This document shows positions 11,446 to 26,400 of a stretch of DNA of 64,000 nt, one piece after another (position 1 is the first letter of the stretch; each line of letters begins with the position of its first letter). The stretch lies in NCBI GenBank assembly GCA_030265395.1, contig JARFYF010000065.1:7419234-7483233 (forward strand), read 5' to 3'. A program made the translations under genes and the position numbers. The notes under the pieces are model-generated. The model searched no databases and had not been told where the DNA came from. It saw only the letters and a program-made list of their open reading frames with translations. The stretch comes from Rhina ancylostomus. Taxonomy: Eukaryota.

Positions 11446-14400
11446 GTGAGTGCATTTTAAAAAGGAAACATTGCTTTAAAGGGAGCTCTTGAATGGGTTG
11501 GCTGAGGTGGATTTAATGAGCTTCTCTTTGTGTTGATTAATGTTTACCAGGGAATAAACCCATTGCATTGCATCTAACGTAACTACGAGGTACACCCAGG
11601 TCAAACACAGTAGGATTAAGTTCAGAGCATTTTCGATTTGCGGCTCACAATTTAACAACTGCCATATTCTGTGTGACATATTTTTTTAAATTAAAATCTT
11701 CTGGTCTGTAAATATGACTCATTGTTTTGCAGTCTTGTAAAGTAGTAGAACTTATTGCAAAACAATGGGTCATATTTAGAATCATAGAGTAATACAGTGC
11801 AGAAACAGGCCCTTCGGCCCTACTTGTCTATGCCGACCAAGACATCCTTCCAAGTTAGTCCCATTTACCCATGATGTTAATTTTTCTGCAATTTCCTTAT
11901 TCCCCAAAATATGTTCTCCTGTCTCAATCTGTAAATAACCCACATTAACTTAAGCTGATGTTTTCCTACTTACATATCTACACAAGCTCTTAAAGTCTGC
12001 TTTTATATTCCTTGCTATGTCTCTTGAGTTTCCTTTTCCTTATTACTACATTGGTGCTCCTTTGCTGAATTCTGAACTATTCTCATTCCTCAGACTTACC
12101 ACTTTTTAGAGCAACTTTATTTACTGCGACTATATTAAGAACCAGAAACAAAATGGCCCAAATCAAAGTCTTTGTCAAAATTTCACACCAGCATGACAGA
12201 GAACCTCCATCCTTCTGATATGAACAGAATTCAAATCCTGAGCTGCAAGGCCAAGTGACTGTACTTTAGTTCAATCTTGAAGGGGTGCAACACAAATTTA
12301 CTAGCCTAAGAAGGTTAATTATAGGTTGCACCAACTAAGCTTGTATTCCCTTGTTCGAGGTAATTTAATACGTGTACTTATAATGATCAAAGGACCTAAT
12401 AGGGTAGAAAGTGAGACACAATTTCCTCTGAAGTAGACTCCAGAACAAGAAGGTATATTGCAAAATTCAGGGGGCAGTTAAGAAGCACATCTTCACAGCA
12501 GGACCAGTCAAAATCAGGAATTTTCTTCCCAAAAACCTACTGAGGTGAGGAGTAAATTGAAAATTTCAAGATTACGATTTTTGGTCACACAGAGGATGTG
12601 AGGGAAATGAAACCAAGACAATATGAAGGGAGTTAGGAGAGAGATCAGCCACGATCTCACTGAATGGTGGAACTACTTTGAAGTGGATAAATCCAACTCC
12701 TGCTCTTGTGTTGGTAGCAAGAATGACTTTGACAGGATTCCAGCTTACCTTTTTGTTCTTATTCTGCTCCTGAAACCATGAATGCTTTGTGTTCACAAGT
12801 ACCTGTACCTCCCAGCACTTTGCCCTGAATGCCATAGAGTCAGAGTGATACAGCACAGAAACAGGCCCTTGGGCTCACTGAGTCTGCAACAACTATCAAG
12901 TGCTCATTTACACTAATCTGACACTAATCCCACTTTTTTTTTATTCTCTCCATATTCTCATTAATTTCTCCAGATTCTATCACTCAGCTACACACTAGGG
13001 GCAATTTATGGTGGCCAGTTAATCTACCGATCCACAACCCTTTTGAGATATGGGAGGAAACCAGAGGAAATCCACACAAGTCATGGGAACCTCTGGCATT
13101 GTGAGGAAGTGGCTCCACTAGCTGTGCCACTGTGCCATTCTTTGCAAGTCTCCGTGAAGAGTTGGGAGAATACTTTTGGGTGATGGGGATACTTGAGCCA
13201 TGTTCAAATGTCGGCCTTCACTTCTCAACACTGATCAGACACGAGAGTCAAGGAAAGTTTAGGAACACTGCAGCCAATGCAACCACTCTTCCAGCTGAAG
13301 GGAATGAATGAGCTATCAAAGGCTTAACTCACCGGGCACTGCTTTCGTTCTTCATTGTTTCATCTCTACATGACCTTATCCTTAATCCTTAACCTTCCCT
13401 ATCCTCTCCTCCAGTCATACACCCTTCCAAGATCCCTGCTTCCCTCCAATTCTGATCAATGGGAGCATCTCAGTTTTCACTGCAACAGCACTTGGAGCCC
13501 AACTTCAGCTGTCCTGGGTCTTATCTTGGGCAGAATCCTCCTTCCTTAAAATCCATCTTTGAGCTAAACTTCACCTATTCTACCTACTATCTATAGATGT
13601 GACTCAGTGTCAAATTTTGTTTGATCATGTTCCTGTGAAGAATTTCGGGCTATTTTATTACATTTGTAGATACGGTATAAAAATAAATTGCTGCTGTTTA
13701 TCAGCAAAGCCCACAGTGATGCTTAAAAGCTTAGCCGTTGTTTCAGAAGATTGTGGAGATTCATTTGAGAATTCTAACTTCTAAATACTGTCAAAAGGCT
13801 CACAAATTGGGAGATGTGTTAGTCATAACCCATGACATTTTGTTTGTGTACAATCTTCGGGAGAATGCTTATAATGACTGTCATTTCTCAGGAGGCACTA
13901 ATCTAGTTCCAGCAATAGTTCATAGGGTATAAAATAGCCTTGCAATGAGTTCCGGACCCAGCTCTTTAACTGGAATGGTTAAAGGTTAATTACCTTTAGC
14001 ATGTTAAACAGTGTGATCGAATAGTGTTCTATCTGTCAGTGAAAATTGAATTCAAGGTACGCTTAGATGAAATGAGAATTAATTTACATACATGCTCCAA
14101 GATGTTTAACTATGAATATAGTATTAATGGTAAGACTCTTGGATCTTGGGATCTGAGTCCATAGGACGCTCAAAGCAGCTGCACAGGTTGACTCTGTGAT
14201 TAAGAAAGCACAGAGTGTATTGTCCTTCATCAATCATGGAATTGAATTCAGGAGCTGAGAGGTATTGTTGCAGCTATATAGGACCCTGGTCAGACCCCAC
14301 TTGGAGTACTGTGGTCAGTTCTGGTCACCTCACTACAGGAAGGATGTGGAAGTCAATAGAAAAGGTGCAGAAGAGATTTATGAGGATGTTGCCTGGATTG

Positions 14401-17400
14401 GGGAGCATGCCTTAGGAAAACAGGTTGAATGAACTCGGCCTTTTCTCCTTGGAGCGATGGAGGATGAGAGGTGACCTGATAGAGGTGTATAAGATGATGA
14501 GAGGCATTGATCATGTGGATAGTCAGAGACTTTTTCCCAGGGCTGAAATGGTTGCCACAAGAGGACACAGGTTTAAGGTGCTGGGGAGTANNNNNNNNNN
14601 NNNNNNNNNNNNNNNNNNNNNNNNNNNNNNNNNNNNNNNNNNNNNNNNNNNNNNNNNNNNNNNNNNNNNNNNNNNNNNNNNNNNNNNNNNNNNNNNNNNN
14701 NNNNNNNNNNNNNNNNNNNAGCTTAGAAAAATAGAGGGCTATGGGTAAGCCTAGTAATTTCTAAGGTAGGGACATGTTCAGCACAACTTTGTGGGCTGAA
14801 GGGTCTGAATGGTGCTGTAGGTTTTCTATGTTTCTATGTAAATTCAGTGAATTTTACATGCTTTGGAGTTGGCCTTGACTCAATGGGCAGCAGTCTCATC
14901 TCGACTGCAGAAAATTAGGGGCCAAATTTTACTCTGAGACTTCATCACATAACCTAGCCTGTTTGTTCTAGTGCACTACAGGAGGGATGCCACACTATCA
15001 GAGACACCCAGTTTCAGGCACGATGTTAAACTGGAGCCCCACTGCCCTCAGTGGAAGTAAAAGATCCCTCCACATTATACTGGCAAGGAGTACAGGAGTT
15101 CTTCCCAGTGCATTGGTTAACACCAAATGCCAAAACCTAAAAGAAAGTTGATCTGGCCATTTATCTCACTGCTGTTTGGGGAGCTTGCTATGCACAATTT
15201 GGCTGCTGTATTTTTGTTAGAACAGTGACTGCATTTCAAATATACTTCAGTGGCTATAAAGTGGTTGGTGCTGTGAAAGGTCTTGTATCTGAATGGTATC
15301 TTGTGGCTGTTTTTGCCAGCTCAGTACCTCTTTCCCTTCCCAGACCAGAAAACACAAACTGCCAACCCACAATGAATTTTAAATAAAAGCAGAAAATGCT
15401 GGAAACGCTCAGCAGGTCACAAAGCAGCTGTGGAGAGAGAAACAGAGTTAATGTTTCAGGCCAATGATCTTTCATGGAAAAGGAGATGAAATGTCATCGA
15501 ACTGAAAGATTAATCTTTCTCTTTCTTTACGGATGCTGCTGGACCTCCTGAGTATTTCCACTATCTTCTGTTTTTATTTCAGCAATTGTTTTGCTTTTCT
15601 GTGTTGATTTTTTCATGCCTTCTGCATTTTACCAGTCCTTGCAGTCTCTCCAGAGATACTCTCCTCTCTTGACCTCATTCCTGAAATCTCGATGTGTTTC
15701 CATGAGTGTTCAACAAACGGTTTTAGAATGTACAGCCATCACAGCTGGGAAACCTGCCACACACATGATGGCCTGGGCAATGGGCCCAAACACTTCCAAG
15801 GACAATCCCTTAGAAAACCACTTTACTTCCCCTTGGGTGTTCTAATTTCCTGGTATAATGTGTTTTTTGAAGTCTTGAGCTTGTGAAGACCCTTATGTAC
15901 TTCAGTATTCCCTTTTGGCTTTTGAAATCCCAAAATGGTGTCTCTTAATGCAGAGATCTGACTTAATCGTTTTATTCCTATGATCTTGTTCAAAGCTGTG
16001 TCTGCACTACAGAACTTAACCATCCTTTTAGTTTTCTCAGCAATAATTGTTTAATATAACTAGAGTGTGATCTTTGTGACTCACAATTAAAATGTCATTT
16101 AGGTGAAGAAGTATGGCTTTAGAGTAACTTCCTGCTTAAACTGAGAGAGAATCCAAGAAAATAGGAGCAGGAGTAAGCTACCAGGTCTCTTAAGCCTGTT
16201 CCACTGTTTAATATGATCATGGCTGATCTATGCTGGCCTCAAATCATCTTCTGTGCCAGTTCCCCGTAACCCTCAATTCCTTGCTTTCAAATATTTTTTG
16301 ACCTTTACCTTAAATATATCTAATGATCTGGTCTCCACCTCCCTCAGGGACAGAGAATTCCAGAGATTCACCATTCTCTGAGAAGACATTTCTATGTACC
16401 TCAGTTTTAAATGATCGGCCCCTTATTTTGTACTCTGTCCCCTTGTTCGTGATTCTCCCACTAGTGAAAACATCGACCCTGTCAAGCCCCCGTAGGATCA
16501 TATATGTTTGAATAAGGACTCCACACTTTCTTCTAAACCTAATCTGTCCAGCCTCTCAGACAACTCTCTCATCCCCGGAATTAGCTTAATGAATCTCCTT
16601 TGAACTGCCGTCAACTGCTTCTATATCCTTTTGTTTAGGTAAGACAATGAAAACTCAGTATTCCAGATGTGGCTTCACTAACACCCTGTACAACTGTAAC
16701 AAAATTTCCCTATTCTTAAACTCCAACCCTTATGCAATAAAGGCCAATATGCCGTTTGTCATCTTAACTACTTGTTGGACTTCTTAATGATTCATGAACA
16801 AGAACACTAGATTGCACTGAACTACGTTCATTTGCAGTCTCTCTCCATTTCGATACCCGCCTTTAGGTTTCTCTTATCGAAGTGCATGACATCACACTTC
16901 CCCACATTAAACTCCATTTGCCAGGTTTTTACCAAATCACTCAAACTATCTATATCCCATTGCAGAACATCCTCACACATGCTCTTCCAGCTATTTTCGT
17001 ATTATTGGCAAATTTGGAAACCTTACATTTCGTTCCTTCCACCAGGTCACTGATATGAGTAGAAAACAATTCTGGCCAAGAACCGATCCCTGGGGTACTC
17101 TGCAAGTTACATCCCACCAGCCTCATTTATTCCAACTCTCTGTTTTCTATATGATACCAGTTTTCAATCCATTCGAACACACTTTGTCCAAATACCCTGC
17201 TATCTTAATTAATGCATCAGCCTCTTATGTGGCACTTTGTCAAATGCCTTTTGGAAATCTAAATACACTACATCTACAGGTTCCCCTCTATCAACTCTCT
17301 CTGCCACATCTTCAAAGAATTTGAACAAATTTGTCAAACGTGATCCACATTTTGTAAATCACCTGCTTAATTAGTTCAGCACAATATCATGGTCTGAATG

Positions 17401-20400
17401 GCCTATTCCAGTGCTCTACTGTTCTATGTTCTATAACAACATTGACTAGGTTTGGTTATACTCAGCTTTCCTAAATGATTAGTTATTTCCTCTTTGATTA
17501 TTGATTCTAGCATCTAGCCAACAATAGATTTTAATCTGACTGGCCTATAGTTCACCCTCTTCCGTCTTCCTCCCATTTTGAAGAAGGGAGTCACATTGGC
17601 TGTTTTCCAGTCTTCTGGTACCTCCTGGAATTTAGTGAGTTTTGAAAATTTTCAACTAATGGGTCCACTATTTTTGCAGCCATTTCCTTTAAAGCCCATG
17701 GATGGAAGCCATTGGGTCCCAGCGATTTCTCTGCCTTTAGCCCTGTGAGTTTCTCATTCTTCACCCCTTGTGATTGCAATTTTTTACATTTGTGTTACTT
17801 GAAATCAGCCCATCTGTTATCATAGAAATATTTGTGGTGTCCTCCATGGTGAAGTCTGATGCAAAAAAAATGCTTTAATGGAAGTGCCATTTCTTAGTTT
17901 CCAATTATTAATTCACCTGCCTCAGTCTCTTCTCTACTGTGGCTACTTTAGTCACCTCATTCCTATTTATATAGCCATTACTGTTTGCTTTTGATATTAC
18001 ACGCAAGCTTTCTCTCAAAGTCAAACTTCTTCTTTCTTATGATCTTTTCAGTGTTTTGCTGTTGGATCCTAATAACCTCCCAGTCCTTGCTACTTTGTTT
18101 GCACGGCTTTTCAATTTAATGTTATCCTTGAACTTCTTTGTTAACCTCTTTGTCATGGAATCCTTCTCTCCAATTGGGATAAATTCCCTGCTGAGTGTTA
18201 TGGACCAGCTGCTTGAATATCTACCACTGTTCATCTGCTGACTAGTCTCTTAGCTTATTTTCCTAGTCAATTTTAGACAATCCTACTTTCATGCCATTAT
18301 AATTGCCCTTACTGAAATAGAAGACTGTGGTTTTGATCCAGTGGTGTTGACCCTCAAACTGCATATGGATTTTTAAATCATAATCTATTCACTACTTCTT
18401 AGGAAAATCCCTAAAGAGGTACCTTCCATAGTATATGAAACTTAGGAACCTACCCTATAGAATAATTAGCAGAGACACTGTTCACTGTAACAAGAGACTT
18501 CCTCTTTGTGCATTCACAGGATGTAGATTTCCCTGCAAAACCACCCAAACATTGCCACTGAATTGGTGGCTTGCAGGGCAATCTCAGAGAACAGTGACGA
18601 ATCAAACACCTTGCTGTGGGTCGAAAGTCACATATTTCTGTTCATTCACATGTTTTACAACCAATCCATTTCATCGTCACCATTTTGGAAACTAGCTTTT
18701 TTTATTTAAAAAGTGGCAATACTGCATGAGCCAATAGATTGGAGTTGGGGCAGAGCATATAACATATAGTAGAAAATGTATAAAGCAAAATCACAAGTCA
18801 TTTTACGTAAAGTTTTCAGTTTAGAATGGAAGAAATAGAAATTGCAGCAAACTCTCCCAATAAGAGCAATGTTATTACTCCAGAAAAATACAGTGTGTGG
18901 AGCACAGCTCCATAAGAACAAAAGAACGTCATGGTTCTAAGTTCTGGCCCTCAATTTGGCTCCTTAAATGCCTTGTTGTCCAGCACATGGATTCCATGCT
19001 GGACTGATTGTATAATGACACTCACCTGAGCCCCATCAGGGGCNNNNNNNNNNNNNNNNNNNNNNNNNNNNNNNNNNNNNNNNNNNNNNNNNNNNNNNNN
19101 NNNNNNNNNNNNNNNNNNNNNNNNNNNNNNNNNNNNNNNNNNNTCCAGTTACTGCCTGTGTTTGTCCTGAGGAAGTATCCTGACTCCAGTGTTGTATCAG
19201 TGTGCTGCATTTGGGTTCTCTGTGAGTTTGCTCAACATTGTGACAGCACTGGATGCAGGAGTATCCCATTCAGCCTCTGGTGTTTGCTCTGCCATTCAAT
19301 AAGATGCACAGCTGTTCTTTTATCTTTGCACCACTTTTCCCCATGTGCCTAAAAATCCATCAATCTCAGTGACTGAGTCTCCACAGCCCTCTTGGGTAAA
19401 GAATTCCAAAGATTCATTGTCATCTGAGTGAAGGAAGTTCTTCTCATTTCTGTGCTAAGTACCCAACTTCTTATTTTGAGAATAGAACCCATTCCAGGTA
19501 TCCCACCCTGGGAAAACATCATCCCATGTATTTAAATCTACTGCAGATTCTGGAAATCTGAAATAAAAACAGAAAATGCTGGCAGAGAAGTATAATCTTA
19601 TCTTAACAGCTGCTTAACTGCCTCATTTGGTCATTTAGTCTCACCCTATCAGAGATATTCCCCTTGAACCTACCATCAATCCCCCACTTTCTTTGTTACT
19701 GTAAACTAATTTGTTTTCTTTCCCAGTTCTGATGAAGGATCTCAGACATGAAACGTTAACTGTTTCTCTTTCCACAGATACTGCCTGACCTGCTGAGTGT
19801 TTCCAGCATTTTCTATTTTTTATATCCCTTTGTCCACCCTGTCAAGCCCCAAAAGAATTTTGTACATTTCATGAGACCAAACTTCAATTGTCCAAACTTT
19901 AGAGAAAGCAGACCCAGTGGCTTCATGTCTGCTCGTACACCAAACCTGCCATCTCAGGAATGAATCTGTTGAACCTTCACTGCACTCCCCCTATCATAAC
20001 TCAATCCTTCCCAAAGTAGGGAGATCAGAACTGTATATAAAATTCCAGATGTGGTCTTGCTAGTGCCCTATATAATTGGAAAAGACGTCGCTAGTCTTGT
20101 ACTCAAATCTTCTTGTAATAAAGGCCAACATAATGTTTGCCTTCCTAGTTGTTTGCTCCACCTGCATGTTAACTTTCAGTGATCCATGTAGAGGAAACCC
20201 AGGTTCCTCTGAACACGAATACCTTTCCTTCTCTCAACATTTAAAATAATACTCTGGATTTTTACTTTTAAGACCAAATTGGATGAGCTCACATTCTTCC
20301 ACATTATATTCAATCTACCATGTCCTTCCCATTCACTTAATCTGCCCAAATAAGATAAGATGAAATAAGATATTTTTATTGGTCACATTTACATCAAAAC

Positions 20401-23400
20401 ACACAGTGAAATACATCTTTTTGCGTTGTGTTCTGGGGGCAGCCCGTAAGTGTCGCCACGCTTCCAGCACCAACATAGAACGCCACAACTTCCTAACCTG
20501 CATGTCTTTGGAATGTGGGAGATAACCAGAGCACACGGAGGACACCCACACAGAAACGGGGAGAATGTACAAACTCCGTATAGACAGTGGCCAGATTTGA
20601 ACCCAGGTCACTGGCTCTGTAAAGCATGCAACCTCCTCTACCACCAAATTTATAACATTATCAAATGTAGATACATTAATCTCTAACAATACACTCAGTG
20701 ACTGAGCCTCCACAGTGCTCTTGGGTAGAGAAATCCAAAGATCCACCACTATCTGGATAAAGAAGTTTCTTGTTTCTACCCTAAATAGCCAACTGGACAC
20801 ACACGAGACTACAGATACTAGAAATCTAGAGCTGCACACAAAGGAACTGGAGGAACTCAAGTGGGTCAGACAGCATCTATGGAGGGAAATGGACCGTTGA
20901 TGTTTNNNNNNNNNNNNNNNNNNNNNNNNNNNNNNNNNNNNNNNNNNNNNNNNNNNNNNNNNNNNNNNNNNNNNNNNNNNNNNNNNNNNNNNNNNNNNNN
21001 NNNNNNNNNNNNNNNNNNNNNNNNNNNNNNNNNNNNNNNNNNNNNNNNNNNNNNNNNNNNNNNNNNNNNNNNNNNNNNNNNNNNNNNNNNNNNNNNNNNN
21101 NNNNNNNNNNNNNNNNNNNNNNNNNNNNNNNNNNNNNNNNNNNNNNNNNNNNNNNNNNNNNNNNNNNNNNNNNNNNNNNNNNNNNNNNNNNNNNNNNNNN
21201 NNNNNNNNNNNNNNNNNNNNNNNNNNNNNNNNNNNCCTTTACTCACAACCTCTCAGTAGGGTAATGCCCCATTTATTCCCACCTCCGGAAGTTAATTAAC
21301 TGAATTTAAATTGACCAGCTGGCAGGGAGTCAATGTTTCTCGATCATCACTCTGTGACTCTGGATTGATGGTCCAGAGCTAACTTATCCTTATACTACTG
21401 TTCCAATAGGAAAGTTTCAGGTGGGATTTTTCTATCAGGATAAAACCACCTCACCTTAGCTCAGGGTGGAAGCTGGTGGATGGAGCACTGTCTTGAGCTA
21501 CTCATTGATGTCCAGTGATTTCTGCTGTGTGCATTCCATGACTGAACACTGTGTGTAGACACATGGAAGACTGCTATTTTGACAAGAGTGCCAGGTAGTT
21601 GCTGCACTATGTTAATGGATTTTCCTTCTCTCTAGATGCGAGCAGTTCTTCAAGCAGCTATCGTGTTTCTACCACTGCTCCCCGGACACCACAATTTGGG
21701 CAAGTCCAACTCTTCCCAATCACCTTCTGAATGTACCTCTCTGCCACAGCTTCTGTGACCAGTGGTAAGTAGATCAAGATTCATGGAACTTTTCAGGGAC
21801 TGACTAGTTGAGAAGTTGAGGCCCTTACCAACATCTTATGACCGGAATCTCAACACATATAAATACTGTGGCTAGGAGAACTGATCAGCAGCTGGATATC
21901 CTTCAGAATGGCCCGTGTCCTGACATTTCTCCAGCCTAGTATAAATTGTAGCACAGATGGAGTCCATTCAGTCTGAGTTGGCTCTTTCTAAGAGTGATCC
22001 AATTGATCCACTGTTGTCCTGTTGTCACCAAAATCCCACAAATTTTCCCTTTACAAATATTCATCCAATTTCCTTTCAGAAGTTACTGCTGAATCTTCTC
22101 CCGCTGCTCCTTCAGATGGTGCATTCTGATCATTGTAATATTTCCCTCGTCGCTTGTATTTCTTTTCGCCAGTTGTCTTAAAATTACCAATAGCAGTCGC
22201 CGATGGGTGAGATGAAGCCTGTCCTCACAGGTATGTGCTTCCAAAAGTCAAGGAGCTTTCCAACACAAAACCAAAGACCATTTGGGAAAGGTTCAGGAGG
22301 CACAGACAGATCTGAGTCACCCAATGATTGAATGATTGTAGAAAAGATGGGCAATTAGACTCATTGAACTTCCACCAAGAAAGGTAGTTTCCTGAAGTAT
22401 CATTGTAAAAACAGACTGACCAGATCATGTCTGACTCACTGGTCGGTATTTGTGACATTGCTTAACTCAGATGTGACAGGAATGTTGCTGATGACAAGGC
22501 TATGCTAAAACAGTTGCCCTCTGCTTCTCCAGGTACAAAGCTTGCAAGAATGATCTGACCTGCACTAGGAACTGGAATTCTGGTTTAAAGTCATCAAATT
22601 CCACTCAGACCAACTGTACCTCAGAATGTATTCCTTATAGTAAGGTAGGAATAATGGAATTCCTGGGATTGCAACAGTCATTATCGAATTAATACACTTT
22701 GTCAGTTTGGCTCAGTTGGTGAGTTTGAGCTCCACTCTAGGCCGTTACCACATCATCTAGTCATCCTGAATAAGACTGTATTGTCAGAGCAGGAAGCTCA
22801 CCTGATGTGCCATCCAACATTGCATCCACAACCAAAGACAACAAAGCAAAGATTCCTTATTAAGTTGCATGATCTGGCTGTGCACAAGATGACCTCCATA
22901 ATAGCAAACACAAGCTATGTAGTTCATTGCAGATGAAACATTTAACAAGTCTTTTCATTTGCTTTCTGTGCTGGGAAATGCTTGTAAAGTGGGAATTTTG
23001 ATAATGCCTGATTGCAGCATGAGTTAATGACCATAGTTTCCTACACAGTTGAGTTTGAATGTATTTAATGTATTTAGTATAATTGCAGTACAGTGATTAT
23101 GTTACCAGACTATTAATTCAGAGACATGAATTCAAATCCTACTTGTTTAATTTAAATTCTGTTAATAATCTGGGATTTTTTTAAAAAATCAAAGCATTAG
23201 TATTGAGGCCACAAAACTACTTGACCTTCATAAAAACCCATCTGGTTCTCTATTCTCCTTCGGGGGTAAATCTGCCATCCTTACTCACTCTGGTCTGTGT
23301 GTTACTCCACATCTATCAAAGTGGCTGACTCTGAAATGCCCAACAAGCCACTCAGTTAACTACTTTACAAAACATTGGTTACATCGTACTTGGGGCTATT

Positions 23401-26400
23401 CAGTGAAGTTCTGGTTGCCACAAAATAGGAAGAATGTGATTGTGCTGGAGAGGGTGCAGAGGAGATTCACCAGGATGTTGCCTGGATTGGATGACTTTAG
23501 TTATGGAATTATGGGAAAGATGGAGGATGAAGGGTGACCTGATAGAAACATATACATATGAGATGCATAGGTAGGATAGATAGTCAAAACCTTTTTCCCA
23601 TGTTTCCCATGGTATGGGGTATGAAGAACAAGAGGATATAGGTTTAAGGTAACAGTTCTAAAGGGGATCTGAGGGTTTTTGTTTTACATGGAGAGTGGTT
23701 GATATCTGGAACTCGCTGCCAGTGGAAGTGGTAGAATTAGCTTCATTTAATCCATTTAAGAGGCATTTAAGCAGACACAAAAAGGCAAGGCATCGGATAT
23801 GGTCCTAATGCAGGAAAATGGGACTAGTGTAAATGGGCAAAAAGGTTGTCATGGACACGATGGGCCACAGAACCCATTTCTGTGCTGTAGGACTCTGACT
23901 TATCGGTGACGTGCTGGTAAAAAAGGTGAACAAATAAAATGAGTGACCAGTGCTGTGGGTTCACCCAGCCTGCTGTGGGTTCTTTCAGGAACCCAGCAGC
24001 TGAAAGACCACAAGCAACTCTGCTTTCTACTTGCAAATGCGAGTGTGTGGAGTACATGGTATGGAAAGACCTAACGTGCAGGGAGGAATGAAAAGTAATG
24101 TCGACATTGTTCATTCATGTGCCCTTGAGCTTCAGCACACGACTTTGAAAGTCCGACTCGCCTACAAAGATCTGTCAGATCACATTATCTACTGAGAGAA
24201 CGAGACATGAAATTTACCCACTTGCTGACACCTTACGAATATTCACTGCTGCCTTATCTGGACACGATACTATTTTAAAAATAAAATGCTGCAGATGCTG
24301 GACATCTGAAATACTCAGCAGGTAAGGCAGCATCCACGGAGGTGAATGACGTTGACCTATGATCAGAGCTGGGAAAAGTTGAGGTAACTGGTGCAGAGAA
24401 ATGAAGCCTCACGGAGAGCAAAAGCTAACATCTGTGATAGTGTGGAGGGCAGGAGAGGTTGAATGGTGAAAGGTGATAGAACCTGCTAGATTCATTTCTT
24501 GTCATTTCATCTCTTTGCTGTCCACCCCATCACAGGCCTTCTCTTTTGTCGACTCCTGCCCTCGACCACTAAAAAAAAATTTCCTCTATTTTCCCCCCGG
24601 TCATCAACCTGAAACGTTAGCTTTGTGTCTATTCCCACAGATTGCTGCCTGACCTGCAGAGTATTTCCAATGTTATCAAAGATTATCGAACAGAGGGAGT
24701 GCAAGTGCATAGTTCGCTGAAAGGGGTGTCACAGGTAGATAGGAAGGCATGCTGGCCTTTGTCTGTCACGGCACTGAGTACAGGAGTTGAGAAGTTATGT
24801 TACAACATCAAGGATACTACAATCTGTTCCCAATTCAAATTAATCAATCATTTCAGTTGATCTTTACCATTAGATTCCCATTTTGCTGTGTTATTTACAT
24901 TATTAAATTGAAATTAAAACTCTAATTTCCACCTAGAAATAAGGATGCTAGAGCATAATCATAACCTTTAAAATAATTGGATAGGTACTGGAGGGAAAAT
25001 AATTTACAGGGCTTTGGAGAAAGAGTGGGAGGAAATGGGACTGGCCAGATTGTTCTGCCAGGAGCCATCACAGAGTCAACGGGCTGAATGGTCCTCTGTG
25101 CCAATACAATTATATGATTCTATTTATAGTAAAGCATATTGAGTTATTGGTAGATTAAGCAATCTACAGAAGTCTGGTAATTCACTCTCCAACCATTTGT
25201 ATATAAATGGTCTGGCATCTGACTCGCCATGAAATGTATCCTACACTCCCCGTCAGCTCACCACTGCCCTGGTTCCTACATTTCCTGTCAACTTGCTGGA
25301 GCCCTGGTTCCCATGCTCCCTTTAAATTTTCTTGGTTCTATTGGCTGAGCTCCCCTCAAACTTACTGGATTTTCCAGGTAACATCTTTAAAAAAGTGAGT
25401 TGGAGTAACATCCAACAGTCCAGAGAATCTGCAGATCAAAGTCCTGCGTGTGCTGTACTGACGGAGTTTTGATGTACTAGTTGCTAGTACACCCTTCATT
25501 TGTCATTATTATTTGATATGGCGAAGCTGCTGTTCATGTATCTTGTATATGTGATGCATGAAGTGGAACAGCAGCAGCAGAGCTATTCAAGTCACTTATT
25601 GGGCTGAGCAAACAAATACGCCCGTGGGCACGTATTGTCCCAATTTGGCTAAATGCTTTCAGAAGTCAGCTTACTTCTATCTACGTGTCACATTCTAACA
25701 CGGCTTTCTTGCACCCTTGCGTTTGATCTGGTTGATGGAGCCCCTCCCTCCCCTTCTAGTTGAAAGGGCCGACTCCCTTCCTGGATGTGAGTGTATGACC
25801 TTGGCTGAGGTGTCAATGCAGAATCAGGGGAGTGGTGCCATTACCATTTAGAGCCTGGTCTATCTATTCAAGGGCCATAAAAGTTCCCATGAAATGATTC
25901 ATAGCAGAATGGGGATATTCTCCCAGTGTCCTGACAAACATTTTCCCCTTGAGTGCTCCTACAGAACAATTTAATTCACCATTCATCTCTTCCCCCCTTT
26001 GGAGCATAAATTGGCTGCCGTTATTTGCTCACTTGACAACATTGACAACACTCCAAAGTAATTCATTTGCTATGAAGGACACTGGGGGCAGGCTGAGGTC
26101 ATCCAAGTTCTTTCTTTTAAATAGCTGAGTCGCTGCCAGCACGCTAGGTTCACAGAAANNNNNNNNNNNNNNNNNNNNNNNNNNNNNNNNNNNNNNNNNN
26201 NNNNNNNNNNNNNNNNNNNNNNNNNNNNNNNNNNNNNNNNNNNNNNNNNNNNNNNNNNCAAAGAAAAGTTTGGTGCAAGCAGAACTGGATAACAAGCAAA
26301 CTGATATCGTTAGGAAATGGGGTTCCTACAAATGATCAACATTGAGCAAGGATTGAGACTGTTGGGTTTCAAAGTTCATAGAAAGCATACGATGCTTTCT

